DNA of 37,462 nt from Eubacteriales bacterium (lineage in GTDB: Bacteria > Bacillota > Clostridia > Oscillospirales > CAG-272), in assembly GCA_045614485.1 (NCBI GenBank), contig JAZLCY010000015.1, positions 1 through 37,462 of the forward strand, read 5' to 3'. Both the position numbers and the translations under genes were made by a program. Shown here piece by piece: positions 27,259-37,425 of this stretch. Each line of letters starts with the position of its first letter. The stretch's first letter is position 1. The notes under the pieces were generated by a model. That model saw nothing but the letters and a program-made list of their open reading frames with translations. It did not search any database and was not told the origin of the DNA.

Positions 27259-29202
27259 ATGAAAAAGATCACATTTGCCTCCGGTGAGGTTTACGAATTT
27301 GAAAACGAGGTTTCCGTTTACGAAGCAGCAAGCGCTGTAGGTATCATCTCGCGCGAGGTTCTTACCGCGTCTGTTAACGGTACACTTTGCGAGCTTTCTA
27401 CCAAGGTTAGCGAGGACGCTGACGTTCAGCTTTACACCTTCAAGGATAACGAAGGTAAGCAGGTATTCAGACATACCGCTGCACACGTTATGGCGCAGGC
27501 TGTTAAGAGGCTCTTTCCCCAGACCAAGCAGACTATCGGCCCTGCTACCGAGAACGGATATTTCCAGGACTTTGATTCCGATATTTCCTTCACACCCGAC
27601 ATTCTCCGCCAGATCGAAGGCGAGATGAAGAAGATAGTTAAGGAAAACCTTCTTATTGAAAGAATTGTTATGAGCCGCGAGGAAGCTATAAAGCTTATGA
27701 CCGAGCTTAACGAGCCCTACAAGGTTGAAAGAATCGAGGAGCTTGCTGAGGATGCGGTTATCTCTCTTTACAAGCAGGGCGAATATATCGACCTTTGCCC
27801 AGGCCCACACCTTCACACAACCGGCGCTATAAAGGCATTCAAGCTTACACAGTGCACCGGCGCATACTACAAGGGCGACCAGAACAACAAGATGCTCCAG
27901 CGCGTTTACGGTATTGCATTCCCCTCAAAAGACGAGCTTAACGCATACGTTACCGCACAGGAAGAGGCTCTCAAGCGCGACCACAACAAGATCGGACGCG
28001 AGCTTGAGTTCTTCACCACGGTTGAATCTATCGGTCAGGGCTTACCTATCCTTATGCCTAAGGGTGCAAGAGTTGTTCAGCTCCTTCAGAGATGGGTTGA
28101 GGATGAAGAAGCTAAGCGCGGCTACCTTCTTACCAAGACACCTCTTATGGCTAAGAGAGAACTCTTCAAGATCTCCGGACACTGGGATCATTACCTTGAC
28201 GGAATGTTCGTTATGGGCGATCCTGACGACTATACAAAGGAATGCTTTGCACTCCGCCCCATGACCTGCCCCTTCCAGTATCAGGTTTACCTTAACAAGA
28301 AGCGCTCCTACAGAGAACTTCCCATGCGCCTTGGCGAGACCTCCACTCTTTTCAGAAATGAGGATTCCGGCGAGATGCACGGACTTATCAGAGTGCGCCA
28401 GTTCACGATTTCCGAAGGACACCTTGTTCTTCGCCCCGATCAGCTTGCTGATGAGTTCAAGGGTTGCCTTGAGCTCGCTAAGTACGTTCTTTCTACAGTT
28501 GGTCTTTGGGAAGACTGTACCTTCAGATTCTCACAGTGGGATCCCAAGCGCACTGACAAGTACGAAGGTACTGCTGAGCAGTGGAACGAAGCACAGGCTA
28601 TAATGGGCGACCTTCTTGACGAGTGCCTTGGCAAGGGTAACTATGCGATCGGAATTGACGAGGCGGCATTCTACGGACCTAAGCTTGACATTCAGTGCAA
28701 GAACGTATTCGGCAAAGAGGACACTATCGTTACTATCCAGATAGATATGCTTCTTGCAAAGAAGTTCGGTATGGAATACACCGACAGAGATAACACAACA
28801 AAGACTCCCTACATCATTCACCGTACCTCTCTCGGTTGCTATGAAAGAACACTCGCGCTCCTTCTTGAGAAGTACGCAGGTGCGCTTCCCACATGGCTCT
28901 CTCCCACACAGGTAACCGTAATCCCCGTTGTTGCTGATTTTGCTGATTATGCAGCAGAGGTTACAAACGCACTTAAGGCAGCAGGTGTTCGCGCAGAGCT
29001 TGACGACAGAAACGAAAAGCTCGGCTACAGGATCCGCGAGGCTCAGCTCTCTAAGGTTCCCTATATGCTTGTTGTTGGTGAGGATGAGATGAACACAAGA
29101 AGCGTTACCGCAAGAGCACGTAAGGAAGGCGAGGGCGGAAAGTTCACCCTTGACGAGTTTGTTAACAAGATCGTTGACGAGATCAACACCAAAAAGCGCT
29201 AA
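27259..29202 (+). CDS. thrS: Threonine--tRNA ligase
   Basis: TGS domain, 'RHTAAH', 'DLC.GPH', 'RPMTCP', 'FRNE.SG', 'AAFYGPK' and 'IHR'. ATG 27259 follows AAGGA; the longer ORF start lies inside the T-box. Confidence 0.98.
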   Translation: MKKITFASGEVYEFENEVSVYEAASAVGIISREVLTASVNGTLCELSTKVSEDADVQLYTFKDNEGKQVFRHTAAHVMAQAVKRLFPQTKQTIGPATENGYFQDFDSDISFTPDILRQIEGEMKKIVKENLLIERIVMSREEAIKLMTELNEPYKVERIEELAEDAVISLYKQGEYIDLCPGPHLHTTGAIKAFKLTQCTGAYYKGDQNNKMLQRVYGIAFPSKDELNAYVTAQEEALKRDHNKIGRELEFFTTVESIGQGLPILMPKGARVVQLLQRWVEDEEAKRGYLLTKTPLMAKRELFKISGHWDHYLDGMFVMGDPDDYTKECFALRPMTCPFQYQVYLNKKRSYRELPMRLGETSTLFRNEDSGEMHGLIRVRQFTISEGHLVLRPDQLADEFKGCLELAKYVLSTVGLWEDCTFRFSQWDPKRTDKYEGTAEQWNEAQAIMGDLLDECLGKGNYAIGIDEAAFYGPKLDIQCKNVFGKEDTIVTIQIDMLLAKKFGMEYTDRDNTTKTPYIIHRTSLGCYERTLALLLEKYAGALPTWLSPTQVTVIPVVADFADYAAEVTNALKAAGVRAELDDRNEKLGYRIREAQLSKVPYMLVVGEDEMNTRSVTARARKEGEGGKFTLDEFVNKIVDEINTKKR

Positions 29203-29215
29203 GCCCGGAGCTGAT

Positions 29216-30100
29216 ATGAATTATACAATTTCAAACGAACAATATACCGCGGTTATTGCATCACTCGGTGCAGAATTGATCTCACTCAAGCACAATAACA
29301 GCGGAACTGAAATTATGTGGCAGTGCAACGTTGAGGGTGCATGGAGCAAGCATTCACCCCTGCTCTTCCCCTTCTGCGGCAGACTCAAGGACAAGAAGTA
29401 CACATATTCGGGCGCAAGCTACGATATGGGCGCGCACGGATTTATATCTAAGAAGGAATTTACTCTTCTTTCGCACGAAAGCGACGCGATAGAGCTTGAG
29501 TTTTCAGCTGACGAGAGTACACTTGCACTTTATCCCTTTGCCTTCAACTTCAAGGCAAGATACGAGCTTTTAGATAACGGAATCAACTGCAAGATCACCG
29601 TTACTAACGGCGATAACAAGATAATGCCCTTTATGTTTGGATGGCACCCGGGATTTGCCCTTCCCACCGAAAACGGAGAAGATATAGGCGACTACGAGCT
29701 TTACTTCAACGACGGTACAAAGGCAGCTTCCTGGATACCGCTGCAGAACGTTTGCTTCGCACGTCCTTACGGCGAGGATTATGAATTCACAAACGGTGCA
29801 TACCCCTTCAACGAAGAGCAGATCTACAAAAACGACACCATGATATTTAAGGGTTGCCCCTCTTATGCAACTCTCAGAGCCCCCTCATACCCCTACTCCC
29901 TTTCTCTCAAATGGAGCGAGAACACCCCCTATCTTTGCATATGGAAGGAGCCTGACAACAGGGCCAAGTTTATATGCATCGAGCCTTGGAGCAACTCGCT
30001 TAACGACGGAGATAAGGACGAGGTTCTCGAACAGAAGGATATGATAAGACTTAATCCCGGCGATTCTGAAGAGTTCACCTACTTCTTTGGTCTTTCATAA
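29216..30100 (+). CDS. Aldose 1-epimerase family protein (LacX-like)
   Basis: 'GAELISL', 'HSPLLFPFCGRL', 'HGF', 'GWHPGF' and 'FICIEPW'. ATG 29216 follows GGAG. Confidence 0.9.
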   Translation: MNYTISNEQYTAVIASLGAELISLKHNNSGTEIMWQCNVEGAWSKHSPLLFPFCGRLKDKKYTYSGASYDMGAHGFISKKEFTLLSHESDAIELEFSADESTLALYPFAFNFKARYELLDNGINCKITVTNGDNKIMPFMFGWHPGFALPTENGEDIGDYELYFNDGTKAASWIPLQNVCFARPYGEDYEFTNGAYPFNEEQIYKNDTMIFKGCPSYATLRAPSYPYSLSLKWSENTPYLCIWKEPDNRAKFICIEPWSNSLNDGDKDEVLEQKDMIRLNPGDSEEFTYFFGLS

Positions 30101-30125
30101 GCAAAAGAAAGGAAAAATACTTTTA

Positions 30126-32849
30126 ATGAAACAAAATAGAAGAATATTCTATCTCGTATTTATTGCTATATTGCTTGTTTCTGTTTGCGTGTTTGCTTCC
30201 TGCAAGGATAAGAACACCTGCTCCCATGAATACGGAAAGTGGGAAACGGTTGTACGACCCACCTGCACAACAGACGGAACTGCTGAGAGCATATGCACAA
30301 AGTGTGGCGAAAAAGGAACAAAGGCGGTTGATGCGATAGGACACAATTATCCCAGCGACAGCTACAAGGATAATAATGACGAGACCTGCACCTCACTTGG
30401 CACACGTACTGCAAAGTGCGAGAATTATAACCCTGATACCGAACAGCTTTGCGGCGAGCCTAAGACGGTTGCAAAAACAGGTACTCCCAAGGGACATATT
30501 TACGATAACGGAAAGTGCATCGCCTGCGATCTTAAGGCATATGCCTTTACCGACGGTGAATATGACTTTGATGCATCCAAGACCGAGTCGGATGCGGTAA
30601 GAGTTAAGGTTTACCGCGCGGCAGACGGACATATCGAGATCGATATTTTCGGCTCAGGTAATATGATGGACTTTGCAAACGGAGATGAAGCTCCCTGGGC
30701 GAAGGACTACAAGAACAACATCGTTACCGTTCACGTTTACGACGGTGTTAACTCTGTAGGTAACAACGCGTTTTCCGCATTTACAAACATTACAAAGGTA
30801 GTGCTCGGAAAGGATATAAAGACAATAGGTCAGAATGCCTTTTCCGAAAAGCTCGCGCCTGATGCTGTGTACATCGACGACGTGGCAAGCTGGGTAAGCC
30901 TGAGCTTCGCAAACACCGAGGAAGTTCCTCCCATTTATATGACCGAGAGGATCTACGTTAAAGAAGAGGTTGTGGAAGGCGACAAGGTTACCTACACCTA
31001 CAATCTTATAAAGAACGTTGTTATCCCCGAAACGGTTGAGAGGATCAATGCATACGCATTCTTCGGTTGCGACGAGCTCAACTCTATCAAAATACATCCC
31101 AACCTTAAGTCTATAGGAAAATACGCATTCTACGGCTGCAGTATCTCCGAAATATACATTTACGATCTTACTGCATGGTTCAATATCAACTTTGAAGAAA
31201 CCGGCGCAAATCCGCTCGCATACGGCAAGGGTTTGTTCCTGAGCGAGACGACCGAGGGTGGAACGGTTATCGATACCGAAATCAAGCAACTGATAGTTCC
31301 TGCTGAGATCACAGTTATCAAACCCTACGTATTTGAGGGAGCGAGCAACATAGTTTCTATCTCATTTGCAGGTAAAGTTACAGAAATCGGAGAATTTGCA
31401 TTTGCAAACTGCACTGCACTCACCGAGCTTAATTTACCCGAGACTCTTGAAACAATACACGCGTGGGCTTTTGCAGGCTGCAAGAGCTTGCCCACACTCA
31501 CCATTCCCGACAATGTTAAATACATTGGCGCGAATGCATTTAAATCAAACACCAACCTTGCTATCATTGTTACAGGAAACGGCCTTGTCACCATTGATGA
31601 ATGTGCCTTCTCCGGTGCAACAAACCTTACCAAGATAACTCTTGGCGAGAAGGTTGCCGAGATAAAAGAACTTGCATTTTACGGTTGCGACAGACTTGTT
31701 GAAATATACAACAGATCCTCGCTTTCTATAACAAAGGATGAATCCTACGGTTATATCGGTATGAATGCAAAGCATATCTATAACGAAGCTGAGCAATCCT
31801 TTATTACAGTAACCGATGATGGCTTTATATTCTATACTGAAGGGGACAGCGTTACCCTGATCGCAACCCTTTCTCTTGCCGGAAAGCTTGACTTCCCTGC
31901 TGACTTTAACGGAAAAACATACGTTATTGCCGACTATGCCTTCAGCGGAAGAACGCACTTCACCGACGTTGTATTTAACGGCGGAATCGAGAAGATCGGA
32001 AAGGACGCATTCATTAACTGCTCAGCGATAAAGACCGTTAAGATCACAAGCCTTGAAGAGTGGCTTAAGATAGATCTTGCATCCGAGTACTCAAACCCCA
32101 TGTGCTTTGCCGAGAATCTTTACGTTGATAATTCCGACGTTCCTGTTGACTCTGTTGCAATTCCCGAGGCAATTACGGTGATCAAGGCATATGCCTTCTC
32201 CGGTGCAACTACGCTCACCGATATGAAACTGCACGACGGAATTACCGAAATACAGAAGAATGCGTTCTACAGATGTAACGCAATGAAGCTTGAAAAGGGT
32301 ATTTACACCGTTGACGGCTGGATCGTTGACGTTAGCACGACAGTTACTTCGATCACTATCAAGAGCGATACGGTTAAGGGCATTTCAAACGATGCTTTTG
32401 ACGGAGTAAAGCTTGAAACAGCTACAATGCCCGCTGAATACCTCGCATTTATTAACGTTGAGAGCCTTAAAACTCTTACTGTAAGCGGCGGTGTTATAAA
32501 AACAGGTGCGCTTGTTAAAGCTGAAAAGCTTGCAACAATCAACATAACAAGCAGCGTAACCCGGATAGAAGCCGGTGCATTCAACCTCGAAAAGCGCCCC
32601 ACGGCACTCAAGGAAACAAATGGTGTTATCTACGCAAACAACTGGGTTGTCGGTGTTAATAAGGACCACAAGGAAGCATACGAAATTGCATACTCCACCG
32701 TTGGAATTGCAGACGGTGCGTTTGAAGGCTTTGAGTCTTTGACCTTCAATTTCTCCGGAAATGCAGACAAGTGGGCTACAATCAAGATCAGCGAATCCTA
32801 CAAGGAAACAGTGGACTCGATCGACATCAAGCTTAATTACAAAAAGTAA
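30126..32849 (+). CDS. Large BspA-type LRR lipoprotein with N-terminal Cys/His repeats
   Basis: Lipobox FASC; 'H......PTCT.DG....C..CG' modules; many LRR_5 units. Start at ATG 30126. Confidence 0.88.
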   Translation: MKQNRRIFYLVFIAILLVSVCVFASCKDKNTCSHEYGKWETVVRPTCTTDGTAESICTKCGEKGTKAVDAIGHNYPSDSYKDNNDETCTSLGTRTAKCENYNPDTEQLCGEPKTVAKTGTPKGHIYDNGKCIACDLKAYAFTDGEYDFDASKTESDAVRVKVYRAADGHIEIDIFGSGNMMDFANGDEAPWAKDYKNNIVTVHVYDGVNSVGNNAFSAFTNITKVVLGKDIKTIGQNAFSEKLAPDAVYIDDVASWVSLSFANTEEVPPIYMTERIYVKEEVVEGDKVTYTYNLIKNVVIPETVERINAYAFFGCDELNSIKIHPNLKSIGKYAFYGCSISEIYIYDLTAWFNINFEETGANPLAYGKGLFLSETTEGGTVIDTEIKQLIVPAEITVIKPYVFEGASNIVSISFAGKVTEIGEFAFANCTALTELNLPETLETIHAWAFAGCKSLPTLTIPDNVKYIGANAFKSNTNLAIIVTGNGLVTIDECAFSGATNLTKITLGEKVAEIKELAFYGCDRLVEIYNRSSLSITKDESYGYIGMNAKHIYNEAEQSFITVTDDGFIFYTEGDSVTLIATLSLAGKLDFPADFNGKTYVIADYAFSGRTHFTDVVFNGGIEKIGKDAFINCSAIKTVKITSLEEWLKIDLASEYSNPMCFAENLYVDNSDVPVDSVAIPEAITVIKAYAFSGATTLTDMKLHDGITEIQKNAFYRCNAMKLEKGIYTVDGWIVDVSTTVTSITIKSDTVKGISNDAFDGVKLETATMPAEYLAFINVESLKTLTVSGGVIKTGALVKAEKLATINITSSVTRIEAGAFNLEKRPTALKETNGVIYANNWVVGVNKDHKEAYEIAYSTVGIADGAFEGFESLTFNFSGNADKWATIKISESYKETVDSIDIKLNYKK

Positions 32850-32893
32850 AAAATACCGCAAGGCTTAAATTAAAGCCTTGCGGTTCTTTATTA
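32848..32893. terminator. Bidirectional terminator between convergent genes
   Basis: 12-bp stem ACCGCAAGGCTT/AAGCCTTGCGGT (32855-32884) with A-rich left and T-rich right flanks. Confidence 0.85.
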
Positions 32894-34165
32894 TTTTTCA
32901 AGCATTATATTAAGAATTTCTTTATCGGTAAGCCTCATACCCTGATTAGCAAGGCGGGCTATACTGCTGATAGTGTTCTCAACACCCTTCTTTACAATTC
33001 CGTCACCTGCAAAGAACTGATTGCCGGAGCGGAAAAGATTGAATCCGAGAAGGCCATTCTCTACAGCTGTGGCGATCTTTGCAGCACAGCTTGCCTTTGC
33101 ACCGTCGCAGATAAGACCGGAGTCTATTGCGAGAGCATTTACGAGGGTGTGCGCTATATCTCTGTACTTACCGCCGTAAAGATAAGCAACACCGCAACCT
33201 GCACCTGCACCGGCTGCAACAGCGCCGCAATATGCAGAAAGCGTTCCTATACCGCTCTTAACGTGCAACGTAATAAGGTTTGAAACACAGAGTGCTCTGT
33301 AAAGACCTTCTTCAGAAACACCAAGGTGCTTTGCATATATAATAACGGGCAAAGATGCCGTAAGGCCCTGATTTCCGCTACCGGAATTAATGATAACGGG
33401 AAGCTCGCATCCGTTCATCCTCGCATCCGATCCTGCGGCGGCATAAGCCTTTGCTCTTACAGTTACGTCATCGGGATAAGAACTGAGATATACCTTACCG
33501 ATATTTGCGCCGTACTCATTTTTAAGGCCCTCCTCAGCGATAGCCATATTGTATGAGATCTGGCGGTCAAGAATTGCCTTAACCGACTCGATATCCACGT
33601 TGTCGGCATAGTCAACTATCTCTTCAACAGTAAGCGCCTTTTTGGTTTTTACGGCAACAGGCTCATCACCGCCGACAAAAACGGTTTCGCCATTTTTCTT
33701 TATGTAAACGATATTTGTGTGCCTGCCGGTAATACTAACCTCGCTTGTTTCCTGGCATGAGGTCAATATTATATTAATATAGAAGGAATCCTCCACGTCT
33801 GCCAATTCAACAGTAGCAGGAAAGCTTTCTACAACCTGCTTCATTTTGGCAATCTGATCCTCGGTTACTTCAGAAAGAACCTCGAGCATCTTTTCCGACC
33901 TTCCTGCAACGAGGCCGGCGACAAGAGCGGCATCAATGCCTCTCATTCCGCCGGAATGAGGAACAACAACACTCTTTGCATTCTTGATGATGCTACCGCT
34001 TACCTTGATGCTTGCAGACTCAGGGAACGCACCGAGAACGTCTCTTGCCTTTGCAGCGGCATAAGCTATAGCTATCGGCTCGGTGCAACCCATAGCCGGT
34101 ATAAGCTCCTCTGCAAGAAGCTCGGTTATACTGTCATAATTCTCCTTAAATAGAGCTTTACTCAT
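32891..34165 (-). CDS. L-cysteine desulfidase-like protein (UPF0597/YhaM/CyuA; serine dehydratase alpha family)
   Basis: 'PAMGCTEP', 'AGSDARM.G', 'SGSGNQG', 'LSAYCG' and 'CDGAKASCA.K'. Confidence 0.88.
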   Translation of the reverse strand: MSKALFKENYDSITELLAEELIPAMGCTEPIAIAYAAAKARDVLGAFPESASIKVSGSIIKNAKSVVVPHSGGMRGIDAALVAGLVAGRSEKMLEVLSEVTEDQIAKMKQVVESFPATVELADVEDSFYINIILTSCQETSEVSITGRHTNIVYIKKNGETVFVGGDEPVAVKTKKALTVEEIVDYADNVDIESVKAILDRQISYNMAIAEEGLKNEYGANIGKVYLSSYPDDVTVRAKAYAAAGSDARMNGCELPVIINSGSGNQGLTASLPVIIYAKHLGVSEEGLYRALCVSNLITLHVKSGIGTLSAYCGAVAAGAGAGCGVAYLYGGKYRDIAHTLVNALAIDSGLICDGAKASCAAKIATAVENGLLGFNLFRSGNQFFAGDGIVKKGVENTISSIARLANQGMRLTDKEILNIMLEK

Positions 34166-35060
34166 GGCAATCTCCTAAAAATTTATCAATAAGTGCTTTT
34201 GCTTCTTCAAGCATATCGCCCTTTTCATTAAGCCAGATGATGTTCTTTTCCTTGCGGAACCAGGTCATCTGCCTTTTTGCAAAGTGGCATATTTCCTTAT
34301 ACAATTCATCGTGATATTCCTCAAACGACGAATACCTGCCGGAAATATAACGGTAGGTGTATCTGTACTCTAAGCCGAGCTTCTCAAGGAATTCGGGCGT
34401 TGCACCGAGGCTTAGGATCTCTCTTACCTCGTCAATCATTCCGTCCTTTATACGAAGGTCGAGGCGCTCGAGTATTCTCCTATAAAGTATATCTCTGTCA
34501 TAGGTAATGCCGAGCTGCAAAACGTCATATCTCGGATCGCTCTCATTCTCGGCAGGATAACCGGCGCGGAGCTTTTCTATCATTCTGATAATTCTCCTTT
34601 CGCTCACCTCGCCTGCAGGAGCGGTAGCACCGTAGCTCTCAAGGATCGAAATAAGTTCTCCCCTATTCTTTTGCTCGAGTTCAGCACGAAGCGATTCATC
34701 CGGTGCAACGTCTACAAGAGAATATCCTTCAACAACAGATCGGGTGTAGAGTCCTGTGCCGCCAACAAGCATAGGCAGAACCTTGCGCGATGAAATATCA
34801 TCTATGCACTCATAGGCCATAGACTGAAATTCCGCCATTGAATAAGGCTCGTTGAGATCAAGTATATCTATCATATGATGTTTTACAAGCGCCATCTCCT
34901 CAGGAGTTACCTTACCGGTACCGAGGTCAAGATGCTTATAAACCTGGCGAGAGTCGGCAGAGACGATTTCTGCACCATAGTGCCTTGCAAGGTCAATACC
35001 AAGCGAGCTTTTTCCGGATGCCGTTGTGCCGACGATCGCAATCAATTTTGGTTTATTCAT
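34158..35060 (-). CDS. miaA: tRNA dimethylallyltransferase
   Basis: 'GTTASGKS', 'SADSRQVY', 'HHMID', 'VGGTGLY' and 'AKRQMTWFR'. Confidence 0.95.
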   Translation of the reverse strand: MNKPKLIAIVGTTASGKSSLGIDLARHYGAEIVSADSRQVYKHLDLGTGKVTPEEMALVKHHMIDILDLNEPYSMAEFQSMAYECIDDISSRKVLPMLVGGTGLYTRSVVEGYSLVDVAPDESLRAELEQKNRGELISILESYGATAPAGEVSERRIIRMIEKLRAGYPAENESDPRYDVLQLGITYDRDILYRRILERLDLRIKDGMIDEVREILSLGATPEFLEKLGLEYRYTYRYISGRYSSFEEYHDELYKEICHFAKRQMTWFRKEKNIIWLNEKGDMLEEAKALIDKFLGDCHE

Positions 35061-36495
35061 GTATTTTTTCTTCCGTGATTATATCTTTTTTCTTACCGAA
35101 TGCCGATCTTAACGTGATGATAAGGAACACGCCGCAAAGCAGAAGGCTTGCAAGCTCTGCAATCGGGAATGCCCACCAAACGCATTTAACATCACCAAGC
35201 AAAGAGAGAAGGAATGCCGCAGGGATAAGAACTACAAGCTGACGGCCGATGCTTACAAAAAGGGAGAAAATGCTCTTTCCAAGCGCCTGGCAGCTCGCAA
35301 TACTGATAATAGAGAATCCTGCAAAGAGGAAGCTCCAGCTTATCGTTTTGAGCGCTGATATACCGATATTTATCATATTCTGATCAAGCGGGTTTTCTTT
35401 CGAATCAAAGATCGACAAAAGAAACTCCGGGAAAAGCTGAAACACCAAAAGTCCAATTAACACGTATGCTACCGCCGCAATATATGCGATACCCATAGTT
35501 TTAAATACTCTTTTGGGCTTGCCTGCGCCGTAGTTATACGAGAGGATCGGAATCATACCGCTATTAAGACCGATAACAGGCATAAATACGAAGCTCTGCA
35601 GCTTGAAATAGATACCGAATACGTTTACGGCGGCCATGGTGAACTTGCTTCCGAGAATCAGGTTCATCGATATCGTCATTACGGTACCGATCGCCTGCAT
35701 AAAGATAGACGGAATGGAAATTCCGAGAATTTCCCTGATAAGCTTGCCATCGGGAATGAAGTTCTTGATCTTTATCTTTATTTCCTTGTTGAACACAAGG
35801 TTGAGTATAATACCGACCACAGCGGCGATCACCTGACCGATAACGGTTGCAAGAGCGGCGCCAAAAACCTCCAACTTCGGAATACCAAGCGCCGGCACGC
35901 CGAAAATGAGAATGGGGTCAAGAATTATGTTAATGATAGCGCCCGAGAGCTGAATGCTCATGCTCAAAACGGTTTTTCCGGTTGCCTGCAAAAGACGCTC
36001 GCTGAGCACCTGAACGAAAACGCCGAAGGAGCAGATCGTTACCATGCGTACGTACTGGTCGGTAAACATACGAAGCTTGTCAACGTCGATCTTGGGGTCT
36101 ACCTGCATCAGATTGATCTGGAAATCTACGTAAAACTTAGTAAGGAAGATACCTGTTATAAGAAAAAGAAGGTAACCGCACGCCATAAGGAAAAATCCCT
36201 GACCTGCTATCTTATTTGCCTTCTCGAAGTTTTTCTGACCGAGAGATCTTGACAAAAGCGCATTGATACCTACTGCCATACCGATGCTTACAGCAAGCAA
36301 AAGATTCTGCATCGGGAATGCGAGAGTAAGCGCACCTGTGCCGTGCAGTGAATCGAGCTTTGCAACGAACATAGTGTCTACTATGTTGTAAAGCGCCTGT
36401 ACGATCATTGATATTATGATAGGTATCGATACAGTGAACAAAAGTCGGGATATACGCATCGTACCCATTTTGTTTTCTTTTAAAGTTTCTGCCAT
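35053..36495 (-). CDS. MATE family efflux transporter
   Basis: 'YNIVDTMFV', 'INIILDPILIFG', 'GAALATVIGQ' and about 12 TMs. ATG 36495 follows AAGGTG. Confidence 0.93.
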   Translation of the reverse strand: MAETLKENKMGTMRISRLLFTVSIPIIISMIVQALYNIVDTMFVAKLDSLHGTGALTLAFPMQNLLLAVSIGMAVGINALLSRSLGQKNFEKANKIAGQGFFLMACGYLLFLITGIFLTKFYVDFQINLMQVDPKIDVDKLRMFTDQYVRMVTICSFGVFVQVLSERLLQATGKTVLSMSIQLSGAIINIILDPILIFGVPALGIPKLEVFGAALATVIGQVIAAVVGIILNLVFNKEIKIKIKNFIPDGKLIREILGISIPSIFMQAIGTVMTISMNLILGSKFTMAAVNVFGIYFKLQSFVFMPVIGLNSGMIPILSYNYGAGKPKRVFKTMGIAYIAAVAYVLIGLLVFQLFPEFLLSIFDSKENPLDQNMINIGISALKTISWSFLFAGFSIISIASCQALGKSIFSLFVSIGRQLVVLIPAAFLLSLLGDVKCVWWAFPIAELASLLLCGVFLIITLRSAFGKKKDIITEEKIHE

Positions 36496-36537
36496 TATTT
36501 CACCTTTGTTTTTCATCAATATATTGTTAAGCAATAT

Positions 36538-36566
36538 ATTGTATCACAAATAAAGTCGTATGTCAA
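36538..36566 (-). promoter_or_regulatory. sigma-A promoter for MATE-miaA-desulfidase
   Basis: TTGACA - 17 bp - TACAAT with TG extension. Confidence 0.82.
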
Positions 36567-36576
36567 CGAAATATAT

Positions 36577-36612
36577 AGAAATAGGGCGGCGTTTTGTTAA
36601 AACCGCCGCTCT
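36577..36612 (-). terminator. Probable terminator after the queG-like gene
   Basis: GC-rich stem AGGGCGGCG/CGCCGCTCT, then ATTTCT on the minus strand. Confidence 0.6.
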
Positions 36613-36627
36613 GCGCATTGATTTTGA

Positions 36628-37425
36628 TCAATAACCGAGAAGATCAAGGTTCCTTTGCACAACCGTTCTGCCACGCCAACCGAATGCTCGGGCGCGAAGC
36701 TCGTCCTTTGAAAGTGAAGATAGCTTATCGCTCGTTAAAAGCTCGATCCTATCCTTGTGAAAGAACTCTATCGGTGTTATCGCAGGGGATCTGTTATACG
36801 GGCAGGCGGTCTGACACATGTCGCACCCCCATACCGTGTTAAATTTTCGCATCAGATCAACCTCTTCTTCGCTAAGCTCACCCTTCTTTTGCGTTATAGC
36901 CGAAAGACAGGAATCAGAGCATGCGGAGAGTATACCGGTGGGACATGCCTTTTTGCAATCGCCACAGTGAATACAGGTTTTCACCTCGAGATCTACTGCT
37001 CCGCCAAGCATAGACGCATCAACGTCTGTTATTATATCACCGATAAATATAAACGTGCCGTATTTTTCGTTGATAAGCAGCCCTGAGTCCCCGAGAATAC
37101 CGAGGCCGCCCTTTAACGCCGCATCTCTTTCATCAATGGGAGAATGATCACCGTATCCCTTGAAGTTGGCATGCGGAAATTTTTCCTTAAGTGCAGATAT
37201 CAGCCTGCCCGTTACCTCTCGGATATAGATGTGGTAATCGAGCGATGCTGCATATATCGAAAGGTTTTGCGGAACACTTACGTAATAGGGTATCAAAAAG
37301 AGTATTACACTCCTGGGAATAAACGGCTCACGTTCCATTATATCCCGAGATATTTCCCTACAGGATGCGTAATCAAGCACCGAAAAATATTCAATTTTTT
37401 CTTCATCAAAAAGCTTTCTTAACAT
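36628..37425 (-). CDS. queG: Epoxyqueuosine reductase QueG-like Fe-S protein
   Basis: 'YA...DYH', 'D.SPIDER..A..GGLG..G', CxxCxxCxxxCP, 'CLSAITQ' and 'WGCDMCQTACP.N'. GGAGGA RBS. Confidence 0.8.
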   Translation of the reverse strand: MLRKLFDEEKIEYFSVLDYASCREISRDIMEREPFIPRSVILFLIPYYVSVPQNLSIYAASLDYHIYIREVTGRLISALKEKFPHANFKGYGDHSPIDERDAALKGGLGILGDSGLLINEKYGTFIFIGDIITDVDASMLGGAVDLEVKTCIHCGDCKKACPTGILSACSDSCLSAITQKKGELSEEEVDLMRKFNTVWGCDMCQTACPYNRSPAITPIEFFHKDRIELLTSDKLSSLSKDELRARAFGWRGRTVVQRNLDLLGY

